19,033 bases of DNA, taken from the IMG/VR virus record IMGVR_UViG_2802429219_000005. One strand, 5' to 3'. The stretch is from a virus (lineage: Duplodnaviria > Heunggongvirae > Uroviricota > Caudoviricetes). Numbering within the stretch: position 1 is the first letter of the stretch; every line of letters starts with the position of its first letter. A program made the position numbers and the translations under genes. The notes under the pieces were generated by a model. That model was given only the letters and a program-made list of their open reading frames with translations. It did not search any database and was not told the DNA's origin. Positions 15,285 through 19,033 of this stretch are shown piece after piece.

Positions 15285-16487
15285 ATGATGACGTCATTAT
15301 TCGAACAGCTGCAGGCAATAAATGCTGCGTATCAGGAGTCCCTGAACAGTGAGGAAAAACAGGAAACCATTGCCACGACCGTCCGGGAATTCTGCCCGGC
15401 GTATCGGGTGACAGCTGAAGGGCGGGATATCACGCGGGTGCTGGCCCGTTATCTTGTGGATATCACTCTGACGGATTACGGCGGAGCCACCGCCAAATCT
15501 GATGAACTGAAAATCACGCTGCTTTCTGAAACACTGCCCCTGCCGACAAAGGGGGCGCGTCTGCGGGTGGCGATGGGGTTTAACGGTAATCTGGTGGACA
15601 AGGGCTGGTTTGTGGTGTGCGGCGTGAGCAGCAGCGGCCCGCCGCGGCGGATCGAGATTTATGCTACCGCTGCCCCCATGAATGCGGAAAAGCAGTCCGG
15701 TGATGTGCTGAATCAGAAAACACGCAGCTGGGATAATCTCACGCTGGGTGATCTGGTGAAAACTGTTGCCACGGAAAACGGACTGAAGGCCCGGGTGGCG
15801 GAGAAGCTGGCGGGGATCCGCATTACCCATGTGGATCAGGTGGCAGAATCGGATGCCAGCCTGTTGTCCCGCCTTGCCCGGACGTATAACGCCGTCAGTA
15901 AACCTGCCGGAGGTTACTGGTTGTTTCTGGAGCAGGGTGCCGGAACCACCGTATCGGGCGCGCCCCTGAAGACCGTGACGCTGACACCTTCCGTGGTGTC
16001 ATCCTGGAATTATCAGGAAGGTGAACGGGGGAGCTCTGGCGGCGGTGGAGATAAAAAAAAGAAGAAAGAAAAAATCACGGTTCGTTATTTTGACAAGGCT
16101 GACGGGCGAACCAAAACGGCAACCGTGGAGCATGACGGCTCGTCTGTAACCAGTCCGTACACGCAACCGGAAAAGGAAACGGCTGAACAACAGGCAAAAT
16201 CGAAAAAAACACAGGCGCAACGCAACAGCCGGAAAATGACGCTGACAGGGCCGTGCCGTCCTTCATATGTTGCCATGACCGCCGAATCCGGCGTGGTGAC
16301 ATCCGGATTTGGTAAGCGGGAAGATCGCCGCTGGCTCGTGGAATCACTGTTTTTTTCCCTCTCATCTTCAGGCTTTACCTTCACGTTTAATCTGGTGGCT
16401 GAAATCAAAAACGCCAGTAAATCAGACAAAAAATCCGGTGATAAAACAGGGCCGGATTATTTTGGTATCGGATCGGGAAAAAAATAA
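15285..16487 (+). CDS. baseplate hub / late control protein, P2 gpD-like (Mu gp44-like), with an internal Gly/Lys-rich low-complexity insert
   Basis: About 400 aa from ATG 15285 (AAGGGAGG upstream; second ATG at 15288). Size and position after U/X match P2 gpD-type proteins. Contains SSGGGGDKKKKKEK encoded by an A8 tract (16053-16060). Confidence 0.8.
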   Translation: MMTSLFEQLQAINAAYQESLNSEEKQETIATTVREFCPAYRVTAEGRDITRVLARYLVDITLTDYGGATAKSDELKITLLSETLPLPTKGARLRVAMGFNGNLVDKGWFVVCGVSSSGPPRRIEIYATAAPMNAEKQSGDVLNQKTRSWDNLTLGDLVKTVATENGLKARVAEKLAGIRITHVDQVAESDASLLSRLARTYNAVSKPAGGYWLFLEQGAGTTVSGAPLKTVTLTPSVVSSWNYQEGERGSSGGGGDKKKKKEKITVRYFDKADGRTKTATVEHDGSSVTSPYTQPEKETAEQQAKSKKTQAQRNSRKMTLTGPCRPSYVAMTAESGVVTSGFGKREDRRWLVESLFFSLSSSGFTFTFNLVAEIKNASKSDKKSGDKTGPDYFGIGSGKK

Positions 16488-16489
16488 TC

Positions 16490-16843
16490 ATGAATGGTGT
16501 GAACTGCCGGACAGGGAAGCGTCTGTCCGGTGCGGCGCATCTGCGCCAGTCTGTCAGCGATATTCTGAACACGCCAGTGGGAAGCCGTGTTCTGGTCAGG
16601 GATTACGGCAGCGATCTTTTTGAATTGCTGGACTCTCCCCGGGATGACCTGTTGAGGCTGCGCATAATAGCTGCCACGGCGACGGCGCTGGCACGCTGGG
16701 AGCCCCGGCTGAAAGTGTCAAAAGTGATCGTAACGTTTCCGGAGGATGAGGCCGGATGTGTGGTGGATATCATGGGGACGAATACGGAAACCGGTACACA
16801 GGTGACAACAGGAGGAATAACCGTTTATGGCAGAAAGTTATGA
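16490..16843 (+). CDS. baseplate assembly protein W (gp25-like / GPW family)
   Basis: 117 aa. HLRQSVSDILNTPVGSRVLVRDYGSDLFELLDSP...ARWEPRLKVSKV is typical of GPW/gp25 baseplate wedge proteins. ATG 3 nt after the gpD-like stop. Confidence 0.85.
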   Translation: MNGVNCRTGKRLSGAAHLRQSVSDILNTPVGSRVLVRDYGSDLFELLDSPRDDLLRLRIIAATATALARWEPRLKVSKVIVTFPEDEAGCVVDIMGTNTETGTQVTTGGITVYGRKL

Positions 16844-17735
16844 TGTGATCAATCTTTCGGATTTGCCCGTACCGGATGCCATCGTGGTGCCTGATGCGGC
16901 GGTGATTTTCGGGGCCTGGCTGGCACGTCTGCGCGAACTGGATCCTGAATTTGATGCCCTGGTGGAATCCGACCCGGCTTACAAGCAGGGCGAAGTGACA
17001 GCCTTTCAGCTTACCCTGGCTTTTCAGCGGGTGAATGATGCTGTGCGGGCCGTTTTTCTGGCAAGTGCGCAGAATGCCGATCTCGATCAGATTGGCGCGG
17101 CGTTCAATGTCGGACGTATGGTGATTGTTCCGGCAAATCCGGATGCCGTGCCTCCGACGGATGCGGTTATGGAAGAGGACGACGCTTTTCGCGAACGCAT
17201 TCAGTTGTCCTGGTCGCAACTGAATACTGCAGGCGCCCGCAATGCTTATCGTTTTCATGCCCGCTCTGCTGATGAAAATGTGCTGGATGCTGATGCCTAT
17301 GGTCCGGAAGAGCACGGGCGTGCGGGGGAGGTGGATGTCTACGTATTGTCCCGTGAAGGAAATGGCACTGCCAGCGAGGCGTTGCTGGATGCGGTCAGTG
17401 CGCGGCTGAATGCTGATGAAATTCGTCCGCTGACGGATTTTGTGACGGTGAAAAGCGCCATTATTAATGACTATACCGTGACGGCTGAGCTGGAAATACC
17501 GGACGGTCCGGATGCCGGTGAAGTGCTGGAAAATGCGAAAAACACGCTGATGTCTTATACCCGGCTGGCAAACCGGATTAATGGCATGGTGCCGCTGTCC
17601 GCTATTTACGCAGCACTGCAACAGTCCGGTGTGGCGCGGGTTATTCTGTCCAGTCCCCGGGCCGATATTGAACCGGCAACCGGTACGGCTCCCCGTTGTG
17701 CCGCCGTTAATGTGACGCGCAGAGAGATGTGGTGA
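16827..17735 (+). CDS. baseplate assembly protein J (P2 gpJ / Mu gp47-like)
   Basis: 302 aa, the same length as P2 gpJ as recalled. Motifs FQRVNDAVRAVFLASAQNADLDQIGAAFNVGR, VPPTDAVMEEDDAFRERIQ, RPLTDFVTVKSA, MVPLSAIYAALQQSGVARV parallel P2 J. SD GGAGGA upstream. Confidence 0.9.
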   Translation: MAESYDVINLSDLPVPDAIVVPDAAVIFGAWLARLRELDPEFDALVESDPAYKQGEVTAFQLTLAFQRVNDAVRAVFLASAQNADLDQIGAAFNVGRMVIVPANPDAVPPTDAVMEEDDAFRERIQLSWSQLNTAGARNAYRFHARSADENVLDADAYGPEEHGRAGEVDVYVLSREGNGTASEALLDAVSARLNADEIRPLTDFVTVKSAIINDYTVTAELEIPDGPDAGEVLENAKNTLMSYTRLANRINGMVPLSAIYAALQQSGVARVILSSPRADIEPATGTAPRCAAVNVTRREMW

Positions 17736-18289
17736 TGACAGAGACGTTTCGCTCACTTCTGCCGCCTTCCGCTGTCAGGCCGGAGCGGTCACAGGAGCAG
17801 GCCACAACAGAAAGTATCCTGACGCTTGATGCGGATATGGTCAGAAAGGTGAAAAATCCGGATACCTGTCCGTTGCATCTGTTGCCGTGGCTGGCATGGG
17901 AGTTTGCTGTGGATTTCTGGCAGGACGACTGGAGCGAAGAGCAGAAGCGGCAGATTTTACGTGATGCGGCATATGTGCATCAGCACCGGGGGACGGCGGG
18001 GGCAGTGTTGCGGGCGCTCAGTGCGGTTGGTGTTCCGGCAGCAATCAAAGAGTGGTGGCAGGATTCACCGCGCAAAAAACCGTACACTTTTCGTGTGGAG
18101 CTGTTTTTGCGGGAAGGGGCTGACAGTGTGCTTTACAGTCGGGTCAGGACGCTGGTCATTAAGGCCAAGAATTTACGCAGCGGTCTGAGCACCATTGACG
18201 TAAATACGAATATCGGAAAGGACAGCCAGTTTTATGTTGGTGGCGCGGTGACCGCGCATATTGATGTGGTGATTGAGGCGGGAGAATAA
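17735..18289 (+). CDS. tail / baseplate protein I (P2 gpI / Mu gp48-like)
   Basis: About 184 aa from ATG 17735, overlapping the J stop (TGATG); the ORF track uses GTG 17729. Size and position between J and the tail fibre gene match P2 gpI. Confidence 0.8.
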   Translation: MTETFRSLLPPSAVRPERSQEQATTESILTLDADMVRKVKNPDTCPLHLLPWLAWEFAVDFWQDDWSEEQKRQILRDAAYVHQHRGTAGAVLRALSAVGVPAAIKEWWQDSPRKKPYTFRVELFLREGADSVLYSRVRTLVIKAKNLRSGLSTIDVNTNIGKDSQFYVGGAVTAHIDVVIEAGE

Positions 18290-18290
18290 C

Positions 18291-19033
18291 GTGACCACGA
18301 AACATTGCAGTATTCTGACAAACAGGGGAAAGGCGCTGGAGGCCGCGTCTGCGGCGGGTGGCGCGCCGGTGGTACTGGACGGGTTTGTGGTGGGAGACGG
18401 AAACGGAAATGCTGTCACGCCAGAGGCAGGGCAGACGGCTCTGGTCAGGGAAGTTTATCGCGGCACCATATCACGTCTGGCGGTCTCGCCTGAGCAGGAA
18501 AACCAGTTTATTGCGTATCTAGTGCTGCCGGAGGGCGTGGGGGGATTTACGGTCAGGGAAGCGGGGCTGCTGACCAGTGATGGTGAGCTTTATGCCGTCG
18601 GAAGTTGTGCTGCCATTGAGAAACCGAAAAATGGTGTGACAGCCACACTGCAGTTCCGGCTGGCAGTGGCTGAAAGTGCGCAGGTCACACTGAATGTGGC
18701 AACCGGAGATGGTCTGTTTCTGCGACAGGACAGGAATCTTTCGGATGTGGAAGACAGGGATGAGGCTGTCGAAAACCTCGGATTAAAACCCACGGTGGAC
18801 AAGGCAAAAAATGCCGTTCAGCGTGATGGTGACACCATGAGTGGTGATTTGACGTTTGAAAATGACTCAATCCTTGCGTGGATTCGAAATACAGATTGGG
18901 CAAAGATTGGGTTTAAAAATGATTCGGATTCAGACACCGATTCATATCTGTGGTTTGAAGCGGGGGATAATGGAAACGAATATTTCAAGTGGCGGAGTAA
19001 GTCTGGAACCACAACCAAAGACCTGATGAATCT
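18291..19033 (+). CDS. tail fibre protein, N-terminal part (P2 gpH-like); 3' end lies beyond the window
   Basis: GTG 18291 with GGAG at 18281-18284. Frame checked codon by codon and open to the window end (247 codons). N-terminal region GQTALVREVYRGTISRLAVS...AYLVLPEGVGGFTVREAGLL and the later GDTMSGDLTFENDSILAWIRNTDWAKIGFKND segment are typical of P2-type fibres. Missing from the ORF track because it has no stop in the window. Confidence 0.85.
   Translation, partial: MTTKHCSILTNRGKALEAASAAGGAPVVLDGFVVGDGNGNAVTPEAGQTALVREVYRGTISRLAVSPEQENQFIAYLVLPEGVGGFTVREAGLLTSDGELYAVGSCAAIEKPKNGVTATLQFRLAVAESAQVTLNVATGDGLFLRQDRNLSDVEDRDEAVENLGLKPTVDKAKNAVQRDGDTMSGDLTFENDSILAWIRNTDWAKIGFKNDSDSDTDSYLWFEAGDNGNEYFKWRSKSGTTTKDLMN

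Noticed and set aside
16770-17756. 328-aa minus-strand ORF almost co-extensive with gpJ
   Set aside because: The plus-strand gpJ has length and motif agreement with P2 J; the antisense product is Arg/His-rich and unstructured-looking, so it is a mirror artefact.
18305-18493. 62-aa Gly/Arg-rich alternative-frame ORF at the start of the tail fibre gene
   Set aside because: Out of frame with the well-supported fibre ORF starting at 18291; low-complexity translation.

Overview
This 19 kb window is a single plus-strand late (virion morphogenesis) operon of a temperate enterobacterial phage or prophage. It opens with a lambda-type cos site, identified by near-identity to the lambda left-end sequence and three Nu1-binding R repeats. 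A lambda-type head module follows: Nu1, A, W, B, C with a nested Nu3-like scaffold, D, E, FI, FII, then Z-like and U-like proteins. Fused directly to it is a P2/Mu/R-pyocin-type contractile tail module: spike V, sheath, tube, chaperone with a probable -1 frameshift extension, tape measure, U, X, D, W, J, I, and the 5' part of tail fibre H, which runs off the window end. Genes are tightly packed with overlapping stop/start codons; the only sizeable non-coding stretch is the cos region. I see no tRNA, CRISPR array, IS element, integrase or obvious defence/anti-defence cargo, and the long minus-strand ORFs look like antisense artefacts. I did not find a discrete novel system; the most notable points are the head/tail mosaic junction, a triplicated repeat in the scaffold region of C, and the relocated spike gene. 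All homology calls rest on recalled lambda and P2 protein sequences and gene order, not on a database search.
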